63,336 nt of DNA from Thermomonas sp. (GTDB lineage Bacteria > Pseudomonadota > Gammaproteobacteria > Xanthomonadales > Xanthomonadaceae): assembly GCA_036666995.1 (NCBI GenBank), contig JAVWUU010000001.1, forward strand, positions 1-63,336, in the 5' to 3' direction. This document shows, in pieces, positions 1 through 9,309 of this stretch. Made by a program: the position numbers and the translations under genes. Position 1 is the stretch's first letter. Each line of letters starts with the position of its first letter. The notes below the pieces were generated by a model, which saw nothing but the letters and a program-made list of their open reading frames with translations, searched no databases and was not told the origin of the DNA.

Positions 1-1
1 G

Positions 2-88
2 ATCAACCGCTACCGCGACCTGCCGTATTGCGCGCAGGAAGGTGGTGGCGAGGAACCACCGCCCCCGCCGCCGCAACAGCCGGCCTGA
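2..88 (+). CDS. 3' end of a gene entering the window (...INRYRDLPYCAQEGGGEEPPPPPPQQPA*)
   Basis: Open frame from the window edge to TGA at 86-88 with host-like codons, followed by a terminator-like hairpin. Confidence 0.6.
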   Translation: MNRYRDLPYCAQEGGGEEPPPPPPQQPA

Positions 89-110
89 TACCGAGGCAAC
101 CAGCAACCGC

Positions 111-142
111 ACAAGGCCGGCGAATGCCGGCCTTGTCGTTTC
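111..142 (+). terminator. Intrinsic terminator-like hairpin
   Basis: ACAAGGCCGGC-gaat-GCCGGCCTTGT followed by cgtttc. Confidence 0.6.
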
Positions 143-164
143 CGGGGCGCGCAATAACGCTCTC

Positions 165-201
165 AAAAAGCAAAAGGAGCAGGCGAACCTGCTCCTTTTG
201 C
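165..201 (-). terminator. Strong intrinsic terminator
   Basis: 14-bp stem GCAAAAGGAGCAGG/CCTGCTCCTTTTGC, TTCG loop, TTTTT tail on the minus strand. Confidence 0.85.
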
Positions 202-320
202 CTTGGCCGTCCTGGCCAACCGCTCTGGTGTGGGCATCATGCCCGCGGTTCCAACTGACTGGGGGGGGTAGACAAAGGTGGCCGTCCCTGGCCACGCCGC
301 GACTGTCCCCGCTCGCGCGT
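165..320 (-). ncRNA. Candidate Csr/Rsm-type small RNA with GGA-loop hairpins; 5' end approximate
   Basis: Minus strand carries GCGA-gcGGGGAcag-TCGC, GTGGCC-AGGGAC-GGCCAC and TTGGCC-AGGAC-GGCCAA, then a terminator; no credible ORF. Confidence 0.55.
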
Positions 321-439
321 GTACGCAATGCGAAGAATCGATGCGTCACCGGTGATCTGCTTCAGCTGCATGAACGGGCTTCATCGGCCAGCACCACTGC
401 GATGGGTAGCATCCGCGCATCCCCCGCATCAGGATCCGC

Positions 440-847
440 ATGCCGATTCGCATCTACACCACCGCACCCGCGCGCAATCTGCTGGACGACCGACCCTTCG
501 GCATCACTGCTTGGACGGACGACACGCACGCAGCCGAGGTCTACGCGATCGTGCTGCTGCCCGATGGCACGCCGGTGCTGCGGGGCCATGAAGTCTCGCT
601 CACCGCCGTCGACATCGAGGGCGGCCGCGAACATGCGATGCGCCTTCACCTTGGCCGGTTGTGGGCCACGCTGTCCGACATCGACTGCCCGCCGCTTGAC
701 CAGTTGCTGGAAGAAATCCCGGTCGAGGAATTCGCGCTGACCCAGATCGAGAACTCATCGATCCGCGGCGTGGTGGCGCAGATCAGCCTGGAGGCGCAGT
801 CCGAAGAATTGGCGAACGCGTTCGCGGCGTTCCCGCGCACCAGCTAG
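440..847 (+). CDS. Hypothetical protein (135 aa)
   Basis: AGGA SD before ATG; host-like codon usage; globular composition; no family recognised. Confidence 0.7.
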   Translation: MPIRIYTTAPARNLLDDRPFGITAWTDDTHAAEVYAIVLLPDGTPVLRGHEVSLTAVDIEGGREHAMRLHLGRLWATLSDIDCPPLDQLLEEIPVEEFALTQIENSSIRGVVAQISLEAQSEELANAFAAFPRTS

Positions 848-920
848 GGATCGCGCCGGGATGCGTGATCGGTTCGTCGCTTCAGTGGAGAATCGAACCA
901 GGCCCCGCACCGGATCCCAC

Positions 921-1070
921 GTGCATCGCAAACCGCATCTGCCGACCAAGACCTGCCCGGTGTGCCAGCGCCCGTTTGCGTGGCGCAAGAAATGGGAGCG
1001 GGTGTGGGAGTCGGTGCGCTATTGCAGCGAGCGGTGTCGCAGGCAGCGAAGCGCGGACGTCGCGCGATGA
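921..1070 (+). CDS. DUF2256 family small Cys-rich protein
   Basis: [19 protein letters not shown]...VRYCSERCR signature; GTG start at 921 chosen, in-frame ATG at 861 possible. Confidence 0.85.
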   Translation: MHRKPHLPTKTCPVCQRPFAWRKKWERVWESVRYCSERCRRQRSADVAR

Positions 1071-1097
1071 TCGGCCTGGTGTCGCAGCGCTGGCGCG

Positions 1098-1778
1098 TCA
1101 GGCCGGATGGGCCGATGCGAGGATGGACTCGAGCAAGGCGCTCAACCGTTGCTCCATCGCGACGCGCACCGGCGGACGCAGGGCCTCGGCCTGCAAGCGC
1201 ACGGGCTGCGCGTAGATGTCGAAGGTCTCGCGCATCTCGTCCGGATCCCGCGCGGCATCGCGTATGACATCGGCCATGAGCGACAGGCGGGTGATGCGCT
1301 GCGCGACGGTCTCGGCCAGTTCGTCCATGCCGCTTTCCGGCGCGAGGTAACGCGAGACTTCCACCATCAAGGCGGTCGCGTCGTCGGACCCATCGCGCGG
1401 CTCGAAGTCGAAATGGCAGAGGCTGCCGAACACCACGCCATCGTTGCTGATCAGCGGTACCCCGCAGTAGGACTGCACGGCTTCGCGGGCGGGATGCCGG
1501 ACGATGCGTCCGTCCTCCAGCGACCGCGTCACCAGGAACGCATTCCGCGAGTCGCGCACGATGCCGCAGTACGACGCGCCTTCCGGCACCACCAGCAAGG
1601 CATCCGGCGTTTCCGACTCGCGATCGAAGATCGCCAGGTTGGCCGCCCCCGAGGCGGTGAAGCGGTAGACCGCGGTGAAGCGGTAGCCCGCCGTCGCATT
1701 CAACTCGCGCAGGGCCTCGTTGATCTGCAGGCTTTGCAGGAGGTAGCGGAGGCGGTCGGGGACGAGGGTGTTGGTCAT
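1098..1778 (-). CDS. GAF domain protein with helical C-terminal extension
   Basis: YRFTAVYRF...SYCGIV...VQSYCGVPLI...FGSLCHFDFEPR is a GAF-like pattern. Confidence 0.75.
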   Translation of the reverse strand: MTNTLVPDRLRYLLQSLQINEALRELNATAGYRFTAVYRFTASGAANLAIFDRESETPDALLVVPEGASYCGIVRDSRNAFLVTRSLEDGRIVRHPAREAVQSYCGVPLISNDGVVFGSLCHFDFEPRDGSDDATALMVEVSRYLAPESGMDELAETVAQRITRLSLMADVIRDAARDPDEMRETFDIYAQPVRLQAEALRPPVRVAMEQRLSALLESILASAHPA

Positions 1779-1851
1779 TGCGCTGTGGCTTGTTGATGGA
1801 GCGATGGGAAGACAGACCTGTTACCGCTTGTGTCGCTAATTGCCACTCGCT

Positions 1852-1931
1852 AATCGTCCCTGACACCATTTTGCTCCGGGAAGGGTGCACCTAATTCCGT
1901 CTCCGGAAAAGCGAACCGGACCCCGTTTTTG
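1852..1931. repeat. Short degenerate tandem motif at the edge of the low-GC insert
   Basis: tgaCACC-ATTTT-g-CTCCGG / gtgCACC-TAATT-ccgt-CTCCGG / ggaCCCC-GTTTTT. Confidence 0.4.
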
Positions 1932-4424
1932 TTAATTGTTTGATTGGCGAAAACTCCCTTCAACTAAGGACTTCCCAGAATTTCCGGTCAGGCCACGGGT
2001 GCGGCGTTGCAGCTCGTCAATTGAAACGGTTAAGTTTAGCTTACCGTCGCTCAGCACCAGTCCCTTCTGACTCGTACCAGCGATATCCCTGACCGCCATC
2101 TCGACATCCTCGGCAGTGATGTTGGCAAACTCAGCCTTGCGCGAAATCTCAGCAGCAACCAAATCGATCGTCCTTGGCCGATCTAGGAGGCGACCTTCTA
2201 ACGAACGGAGCGCGTTCAGAACCTCGATGTAAAGGTCGCGACGCAACCAATCCGGCGTCGACAAGAGGTCATTGACGGCTTTCGTAACGTCGGACGGAGT
2301 AAAGCGGGTTAGGACGATCTGGAGAACGTCCTTCGCATTGACATGCCGCGTCTCTGCATCTCCCACAACTCGAGCAACCTGATCGACCGTCCAGCACGAA
2401 ATTTTTAAATCGGCTGCGCGTTTGGCGGCCGCTGCGTCGTCATCCTTGGTGGAGCCGGGGTAGCCAGGAGCAACCAGCCAGCAACCGTGTGCGGCGGAAT
2501 CAACGACGTGCTGGCGAAGACCTGCAAAATCGATTGCTCCAAGCGACGGGACATCTTTGGAGGATTTTGCCTCCAGCGTAATCACGCTCTCCGCGTTCGG
2601 AAAGCCGGATAACCGCGCGATACCGTCTGGGTTGTCACCATTTGATACTTGAACTGCGTTAAACCCAAGCGCGCGCGCGGCCGAAACAAAATTGATCTCA
2701 AGATCGCGCTCATTGCCTGCGGAGTCTCGCAACGCTTGAGAGACGAGTTGCAGCGAGTAGGGGTGGTCATCGGCGAGGCTCCGAAGCAGGGCATCTCGAC
2801 GTTCAAGCACCTCGCCAATGGTTCGCGGGGCGACTCCAGATTCACGAAGGTATATTTCTAAAAGCGCCTCGGCGGTCGCGACGTCCTCTAGGAGTGCTTT
2901 TGACCGACCATCGTCAAAGTGCGCCCGCACAAATGCATGGGAAATATTCAATACGAAGGATGATGTCGCAGGATCAAACGTCACCATCCGAGCGGCCGAT
3001 CCAGTGTCGGTATATGCGTACGAGTACCTTTTTCGCCCCCCAGACTCAGCTAGATACAAATTCTTGATAACGTCGCTTAGGTGAGTACTATCGGAGACCT
3101 TGGTGTAAAACCAGCTTCCGTCCGGCTCGACTCCGCCATTTGCCCCGCCAGTAGCCAAAACGTCGGCGACCGGTTGCTCCACAAGCCGCGGATTTACGAA
3201 GTTGCGCTCACTTTCCGGCTTGTGCGTATTCTTTTTCGCCAGTTCATCTTTGGCCTTGTCATACCTCACACGCGCTTCTAGATAACTCTCGACTAGAAGC
3301 TGCTGAAACGTTCTCTTAAGATCACCATCTTCAATTCCCTCACGTGAGGCCGTGATCGCCTCATCCAGATCATCAGCGTTGACGTCTGCGCGAAATCGAT
3401 TGAAAGTTTGAAATGATGGAATGTGTATCCCAAATAACGCATCCACCTCGTTAATTAGCCGATTCCGCACGCGAACAAAAAACCCGTTGCTTCGCATTAA
3501 GTCGTCGCTTTTCCCAACAAGCGTTTCTAGCGTAACAATCGCCTTGCCAGATACGCCCTCCTTGAACATTTGAGACACAAGACGGTTGCCTTGGCGCTTG
3601 AAGTCCTGACCTGTTGCAGTCTTTATCGAGTCAAGTCGGTGCTGGGGAATCTCGTGAATCTCAAAACTCACGACCACCTCATTGCTGAGCTTCGAACTCT
3701 CAATCTCTGTACCGTTTAGGTACAACCTGAAGCTCTGCTCTAACGGCATCGCTGTAGACAAAACTCGCCGAAGATGACCGGTCTTGAGCGATTTGGTTTT
3801 TTCCTTTAGCTCCTCAAGCACCACCAAGGTCCAGCCTTCGCCGCTCTGCGAAGCCAGCGTGGCGGGGTCTAGGGCTAGCCTACTTAGAGCCTCTCCAAGC
3901 GTGCTCTCATCGGCTAGCGCTACTAGATCGTAAATTTCTTTTACTTCAAGGATTACGGGGGTTGTGGAGCCGTGAGCGCCGGTAGCGAAGTCATGATAGT
4001 CAACTGTGACGGACAGGACCTTTCCACCGAACGCCGTAACGTACGAAACCCTATTTGCGAGTGTGTACGTGGAAAGCTTTCCAATCCCGAACTTACCGAT
4101 TTGTTTCCTATCGTTTTTCCCGACTCGGGATTTCTTGTTGCTGACTCCAACTGTCCAAAGATTCACTAGCCCTTGCAGGTCCATGCCATCGCCATCGTCA
4201 TACACAGCAATGAACTGTGAGTCCTGGCTTGACGGGGTGGGCGCAAACACACGGCAAATGGTTGCACTCGCATCGTATGAATTGACTACTAGTTCCTCGA
4301 TCGCCTTTGAGGGGGACTGATAAAGCTGATCCGACAATAGGTGAACCAGTTCATTCGAAAGTCGAACTGCGACGTCTCCAACCTTCGAAGTGTTGCCATC
4401 AATTGCCTTCGCGAGCTCCTTCAT
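1932..4424 (-). CDS. MORC-type GHKL ATPase fused to a PD-(D/E)xK restriction-endonuclease-like domain (putative defence protein)
   Basis: GHKL motifs EELVVNSYDA, DDGDGMD, GKFGIGKLS; S5-like NGFFVRVRNRLI...ITASREGI; nuclease-like LE..F..ALGF...PDG...LEAKS; lower GC than neighbours. Confidence 0.8.
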   Translation of the reverse strand: MKELAKAIDGNTSKVGDVAVRLSNELVHLLSDQLYQSPSKAIEELVVNSYDASATICRVFAPTPSSQDSQFIAVYDDGDGMDLQGLVNLWTVGVSNKKSRVGKNDRKQIGKFGIGKLSTYTLANRVSYVTAFGGKVLSVTVDYHDFATGAHGSTTPVILEVKEIYDLVALADESTLGEALSRLALDPATLASQSGEGWTLVVLEELKEKTKSLKTGHLRRVLSTAMPLEQSFRLYLNGTEIESSKLSNEVVVSFEIHEIPQHRLDSIKTATGQDFKRQGNRLVSQMFKEGVSGKAIVTLETLVGKSDDLMRSNGFFVRVRNRLINEVDALFGIHIPSFQTFNRFRADVNADDLDEAITASREGIEDGDLKRTFQQLLVESYLEARVRYDKAKDELAKKNTHKPESERNFVNPRLVEQPVADVLATGGANGGVEPDGSWFYTKVSDSTHLSDVIKNLYLAESGGRKRYSYAYTDTGSAARMVTFDPATSSFVLNISHAFVRAHFDDGRSKALLEDVATAEALLEIYLRESGVAPRTIGEVLERRDALLRSLADDHPYSLQLVSQALRDSAGNERDLEINFVSAARALGFNAVQVSNGDNPDGIARLSGFPNAESVITLEAKSSKDVPSLGAIDFAGLRQHVVDSAAHGCWLVAPGYPGSTKDDDAAAAKRAADLKISCWTVDQVARVVGDAETRHVNAKDVLQIVLTRFTPSDVTKAVNDLLSTPDWLRRDLYIEVLNALRSLEGRLLDRPRTIDLVAAEISRKAEFANITAEDVEMAVRDIAGTSQKGLVLSDGKLNLTVSIDELQRRTRGLTGNSGKSLVEGSFRQSNN

Positions 4425-4477
4425 CCCTTTCCCCTAATCGTTTCGTTTCAACTCAGAAGCACAGACAATACGATGCT

Positions 4478-6145
4478 TCACGTTGCCATCGGCAACTTCA
4501 ACCCCATCTCCCGCGCACACTCCTTGGCGATCTCGTAACCCGCATCCGCATGCCGCATCACCCCGGTACCGGGGTCGTTCCACAGCACCCGCGCAATGCG
4601 CTTGTCGGCTTCCGGTGTGCCATCGCAGACGATCACCACGCCGCTGTGCTGCGAATAGCCCATGCCTACGCCGCCGCCGTGGTGCAGTGACACCCACGTC
4701 GCGCCGCCGGCGACATTCAACATCGCATTCAGCAGCGGCCAGTCGGACACCGCATCGCTGCCGTCCCGCATCGCCTCGGTCTCGCGGTTGGGTGATGCGA
4801 CGGAACCGGAATCCAGGTGATCGCGGCCGATCACCACCGGTGCCTTCAGTTCGCCGTTGCGAACCATCTCGTTGAAGGCCAGGCCCAGCTTGTGGCGCAG
4901 TCCCAGGCCGACCCAGCAGATGCGCGCCGGCAGGCCCTGGAAGCTGATGCGCTCGCGCGCCATGTCCAGCCAGTTGTGCAGGTGGGCGTCGTCGGGGATC
5001 AGCTCCTTGACCTTGGCATCGGTCTTGTAGATGTCCTCGGGATCGCCGCTCAGCGCGACCCAGCGGAACGGGCCGACGCCGCGGCAGAACAGCGGCCGCA
5101 CGTAGGCGGGCACGAAGCCGGGGAAATCGAACGCATTGGTGCAGCCTTCGTCCTTCGCCATCTGTCGGATGTTGTTGCCGTAATCGACCGTCGGAATACC
5201 GGCCGCGTGGAAGGCGAGCATCGCCTCGACGTGCACGCGCATCGATTTCTTGGCGGCATCGCGCACACCATCCGGATTGCTCTTCTGTTCGGCCAGCCAC
5301 TGCTCAATGCTCCAGCCGATCGGCAGATAACCGTGCACCGGGTCATGCGCGCTGGTCTGATCGGTCACGCAATCCGGGCGCACGCCACGGCGCACCAGTT
5401 CCGGCAGTACATCCGCCGCATTGCCGAGCAGCGCGATGGATTTCGCTTCGCCCGATGCCGTGTACTTGGCGATGCGCGCGAGCGCGTCATCGAGGTCGCT
5501 CGCCTGCTCATCGACATAGCGCGTCTTCAGGCGGAAATCGATGCTGGTCTGTCGGCATTCGATGTTGAGGCTGCTCATGCCGGCCAGGCTCGCGGCCAGC
5601 GGCTGCGCGCCGCCCATGCCGCCGAGGCCTGCAGTCAACAACCATTTGCCATTCAGCGAACCGCCATAGTGCTGGCGGCCCATCTCCACGAAGGTTTCGT
5701 AGGTGCCCTGCACGATGCCCTGGCTGCCGATGTAGATCCAGCTGCCGGCGGTCATCTGGCCGTACATCATCAGGCCCTTCTTATCGAGCTCGTTGAAGTG
5801 CTCCCACGTGGCCCAGTGCGGCACCAGGTTGGAGTTGGCGATGAGCACGCGCGGCGCGTCGGCATGACTGGGGAACACGCCGACCGGCTTGCCGGACTGG
5901 ACCAGCAAGGTCTCGTCATCGCCCAGCGTCTTCAGGGTTTCGATGATCCTGTCGTAGCAGGCCCAGTCGCGCGCGGCGCGGCCGATGCCGCCATAGACCA
6001 CCAGCGAGGTCGGGTCTTCGGCGACCTCGGCATCCAGGTTGTTCTGCAGCATCCGGAACGGCGCCTCGGTCAGCCACGACTTGCAGGTCAGTGTGTTGCC
6101 GCGCGGGGCGCGGATGACGCGGGACGGATCGTGGCGGTTCGACAT
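4478..6145 (-). CDS. hutU: Urocanate hydratase
   Basis: [51 protein letters not shown]; start set at MSNRHDP (555 aa). Confidence 0.97.
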   Translation of the reverse strand: MSNRHDPSRVIRAPRGNTLTCKSWLTEAPFRMLQNNLDAEVAEDPTSLVVYGGIGRAARDWACYDRIIETLKTLGDDETLLVQSGKPVGVFPSHADAPRVLIANSNLVPHWATWEHFNELDKKGLMMYGQMTAGSWIYIGSQGIVQGTYETFVEMGRQHYGGSLNGKWLLTAGLGGMGGAQPLAASLAGMSSLNIECRQTSIDFRLKTRYVDEQASDLDDALARIAKYTASGEAKSIALLGNAADVLPELVRRGVRPDCVTDQTSAHDPVHGYLPIGWSIEQWLAEQKSNPDGVRDAAKKSMRVHVEAMLAFHAAGIPTVDYGNNIRQMAKDEGCTNAFDFPGFVPAYVRPLFCRGVGPFRWVALSGDPEDIYKTDAKVKELIPDDAHLHNWLDMARERISFQGLPARICWVGLGLRHKLGLAFNEMVRNGELKAPVVIGRDHLDSGSVASPNRETEAMRDGSDAVSDWPLLNAMLNVAGGATWVSLHHGGGVGMGYSQHSGVVIVCDGTPEADKRIARVLWNDPGTGVMRHADAGYEIAKECAREMGLKLPMAT

Positions 6146-6247
6146 CGGGCGGCTCCTGCAAGTGAAGCCGGGATTATCGCACCGGCACCCGACTCGACTC
6201 AGCGGTACGGACGCCGGGCTGTCGCATGCCTCCGCTATCATCGGCGC

Positions 6248-7468
6248 ATGTCATTCCTGTTCCGTGCCGGCCTGCTGGCGCTGCTCCTGCTCGTCCAGGC
6301 CTGCGCCACCACGCAGGCGCCCGAACCTGCCCGCGCGGTGGTCATGGTCTCGATCGATGGCCTGCCCGCGACCGTGCCCGGTAGCGGGCGCATGCCGGTG
6401 CTCGATGCGATCGCCCGCGAGGGCGTGCAAGCGGCCTGGCTGCAGCCCAGCTACCCCACCCTGACATTCCCCAATCACTACACGCTGGCGACGGGGTTGC
6501 GCCCGGACCACCACGGCATCGTCAACAACAACATCAACGACGCCGTACTGGGGCGCTATGTGTCCAAGCAGGCCAGCGCGCGCGACGGCCGCTGGTACGG
6601 CGGCGAGCCGATCTGGGCCACGCTGCAACGCCAGGGCGGGATCGCGGCAACGATGTTCTGGCCGGGCTCCGAGGCCGAGATCGCCGGGCAGCGTCCGCGC
6701 CATTACAAGCAGTTCGACGGCACGCTGGCGGTGGATGCACGGGTGGACCAGGTGCTGGCCTGGCTCGACCTGCCGGTCGCGCAACGGCCGCGGCTGGTGA
6801 CCCTGTACCTGGAGCAGTACGACGTGGCCTCGCATGCATCGGGCATGCATTCGACGCAGGCGAAGCAAGCCTTGGCGATCATCGATGCAGGGCTGGCGCG
6901 ATTGCGCGAGGGCCTGCGCACGCGCGGCATCGACGACGACGTGGACCTGATCGTGTTGTCCGACCATGGCATGGCCGATGTGCGCGCTGAGGACATCCGC
7001 TACCTCGACGACATCGTGCCGGCCGACGCGATGGACGTGGAATCGGTGGGCCAGATGGCGTGGCTCTCGCCAAAGCCGGGCCGCGAGGCCGAGGTCGAAC
7101 GTGCACTGGTGCGCCGCCACGACCACTTCCAGTGCTGGCGCAAGGCGGAGGCGCCGCCGCAATGGGAATTCGGCCGCAATCCGCGCATCCCGCCGATCAT
7201 CTGCCAGGCCGACGATGGCTGGCGTGTGTGGCTGCATCGCTGGCCGACGCCCACGACATTGAAGGGCGAGCACGGCTTCGCGCCGGAGGATGTGGGCATG
7301 CGCGCGGTGTTCACTGCGGTCGGGCCGTCGTTCCGCAGCGGCGTGCGTTTGCCGGCCTTCGACAATGTCGATGTCTATCCGCTGCTTGCGCGGCTGCTGC
7401 GAATCACTCCGGCACCCAACGATGGCGACATCGCGCCGCTGCTGCCGGCATTGCAGGACGATCGATGA
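6248..7468 (+). CDS. Nucleotide pyrophosphatase/phosphodiesterase (alkaline phosphatase superfamily), lipoprotein
   Basis: Lipobox LVQAC; [28 protein letters not shown] motifs. Confidence 0.9.
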   Translation: MSFLFRAGLLALLLLVQACATTQAPEPARAVVMVSIDGLPATVPGSGRMPVLDAIAREGVQAAWLQPSYPTLTFPNHYTLATGLRPDHHGIVNNNINDAVLGRYVSKQASARDGRWYGGEPIWATLQRQGGIAATMFWPGSEAEIAGQRPRHYKQFDGTLAVDARVDQVLAWLDLPVAQRPRLVTLYLEQYDVASHASGMHSTQAKQALAIIDAGLARLREGLRTRGIDDDVDLIVLSDHGMADVRAEDIRYLDDIVPADAMDVESVGQMAWLSPKPGREAEVERALVRRHDHFQCWRKAEAPPQWEFGRNPRIPPIICQADDGWRVWLHRWPTPTTLKGEHGFAPEDVGMRAVFTAVGPSFRSGVRLPAFDNVDVYPLLARLLRITPAPNDGDIAPLLPALQDDR

Positions 7469-7962
7469 TCCTGTGCCGGCGCATCGACAGCCCGGTCGGG
7501 CCGCTGATGCTGGCGGCGGACGATGACGGCCTGTGCCACATCGAATTCCGCGACAACCGGCATCCGGCAAACCACGCGGACTGGCATGGCGGCGACAGCG
7601 ATGTGTTGCGTGCCGCCGAGGCGCAACTCGGCGAATACTTCGCCGGCGCGCGGACCAGCTTCGACCTGCCGCTGGCACCGCGCGGCACCGACTTCCAGAT
7701 CTCCGTGTGGCGCGAGCTCGCACGCATTCCGTTCGGGACCACGATCAGTTATGCGCAGCTCGCGGTGCGGATGGGCAACGCGAATGCGATGCGCGCGGTC
7801 GGTGCCGCGAATGGCCGCAACCCGCTGCCGATCGTGCTGCCCTGCCATCGGGTGATCGGCGCGGATGGCGCGCTGGTGGGCTTCGGCGGCGGCCTGCCGA
7901 CCAAGGAATTCCTGCTACGGCTGGAAGGCGCGCTGCCTGCGCAACAGGGCGGGCTTTTTTAA
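7465..7962 (+). CDS. ogt: Methylated-DNA--protein-cysteine methyltransferase
   Basis: RAVGAANGRNPLPIVLPCHRVIG active site; ATGA overlap with the upstream gene. Confidence 0.92.
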   Translation: MILCRRIDSPVGPLMLAADDDGLCHIEFRDNRHPANHADWHGGDSDVLRAAEAQLGEYFAGARTSFDLPLAPRGTDFQISVWRELARIPFGTTISYAQLAVRMGNANAMRAVGAANGRNPLPIVLPCHRVIGADGALVGFGGGLPTKEFLLRLEGALPAQQGGLF

Positions 7963-7964
7963 CC

Positions 7965-8023
7965 GAAGGAGCGGCTCTAGCCGCGATCCGCAGTCATCGT
8001 GTCGCGGCTGAAGCCGCTCCTAC
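7965..8023. repeat. GTAG-family REP doublet (REPIN-like)
   Basis: gAAGGAGCGGCTCTAGCCGCGA ... TCGCGGCTGAAGCCGCTCCTAC inverted pair; matches the copy at 33151. Confidence 0.85.
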
Positions 8024-9261
8024 GAGAGCAACACCTGCATCGCCTCGCGATAACGCGCCGCAACCGCCTCGCGGTCGCGGTGACAACCGTCTTCGACCAA
8101 GCGCACGCCGGCGACTTCGACATCGCGTACCAGCGGTCGATTGCCGCTGAACAGCCACCGATCCACCACGCCGCCTTCAGTCGCGCCGACAAGGATCGGT
8201 GCATCCGCATCCAGCACGATGCGGTCTTCGACATCGAAACCCGTGCTGTCGGCGGCACTCGCGTGCACGCCATGCAACAAGGTCGCGCCAACGCTCGGCA
8301 TGCGCATGCTCGAGGCGATGTTGCGTCGCTGCGCGCGCAGGCGCTGCCCGTATTCCAGCCAGCGCAGTTCCTCCACGGGATCGACCGAACTGTTCGAGTC
8401 CGAACCCACGCCCCAGCGACCGCCGGCATCGAGATAGTCCCGCAACGGAAACAGCCCATCGCCGAGATTGGCCTCGGTCGTGGTGCAGATCGCCACGGTC
8501 GCGCCGCTGCCCGCGATGTCCCGTACTTCCTCCTCGTCCAGGTGGGTTGCGTGCACCAGCGTCCAGCGCGCGTCCACCGGCACGCTGTCCAGCAGCCAGT
8601 GCACCGGGCGCGCGCCACGCAAGGCGATGCATTCCTCGACCTCCGGCATTTGCTCCGCGATGTGGATGTGGATGCGCGACGCCGCCGGCAGCGCCGTCAG
8701 CGCCTCGTGCATCGCGTCGGAGGGCACCGCACGCAGGCTGTGCAGGGCGCAGCCGATGCGAACGGTGTCGTTCTCGCTGGCGCGCAAGGTGTCGAGCAAT
8801 CGCAGGTAGGCACCGACGTCGTGGCCGAAGCGGCGCTGCCGCTCGGACAGCGGGCGTCCATCGAAACCACCGGTCATGTACAGCACCGGCAACAAGGTGA
8901 TGCGGATGCCGGTGTCGCGCGCGGCACGCAGCAAGGCCTGCGACATTGCATCGGCCTGCGCATACGGCCTGCCGTCCGGTGCGTGGTGCAGGTAGTGGAA
9001 TTCGCAGACCGTGGTGTAACCGGCTTCCAGCATTTCCACGTACAGCTGCGAGGCCACCGCATGCAGCAGGTCGGGATCGAAGCGCGCGGCCATCGCGTAC
9101 ATGGTTTCGCGCCAGGTCCAGAACGAATCGGCCGGATCGGTCTGGCGTTCGGCCAGTCCCGCCATCGCGCGCTGGAACGCGTGCGAATGCAGGTTGGCGA
9201 TTCCGGGCAAGGCCCAGCCGCGTGTGGTGCGGGTGGCGATCGGAGTGGTCTGCGTGTGCAT
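8020..9261 (-). CDS. hutF: Formimidoylglutamate deiminase
   Basis: NLHSHAFQRAMAG, EFHYLHH, HIHIAEQ, EANLGDG, GSDS motifs; start uncertain. Confidence 0.93.
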   Translation of the reverse strand: MHTQTTPIATRTTRGWALPGIANLHSHAFQRAMAGLAERQTDPADSFWTWRETMYAMAARFDPDLLHAVASQLYVEMLEAGYTTVCEFHYLHHAPDGRPYAQADAMSQALLRAARDTGIRITLLPVLYMTGGFDGRPLSERQRRFGHDVGAYLRLLDTLRASENDTVRIGCALHSLRAVPSDAMHEALTALPAASRIHIHIAEQMPEVEECIALRGARPVHWLLDSVPVDARWTLVHATHLDEEEVRDIAGSGATVAICTTTEANLGDGLFPLRDYLDAGGRWGVGSDSNSSVDPVEELRWLEYGQRLRAQRRNIASSMRMPSVGATLLHGVHASAADSTGFDVEDRIVLDADAPILVGATEGGVVDRWLFSGNRPLVRDVEVAGVRLVEDGCHRDREAVAARYREAMQVLLS

Positions 9262-9309
9262 CGGCGCATTGTCGCGCAAACCCGCCGCGCCCTGCGGTAG
9301 GCTTCGCGC

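Noticed and set aside
1779-4477. Prophage, IS or integron origin of the low-GC insert
   Set aside because: No integrase, transposase, tRNA target, clear direct repeat or attC-like palindrome is visible
4817-7468. Apparent 883-aa fusion ending in the phosphodiesterase
   Set aside because: The N-terminal part is antisense to hutU; the real protein starts at the lipoprotein signal at 6248
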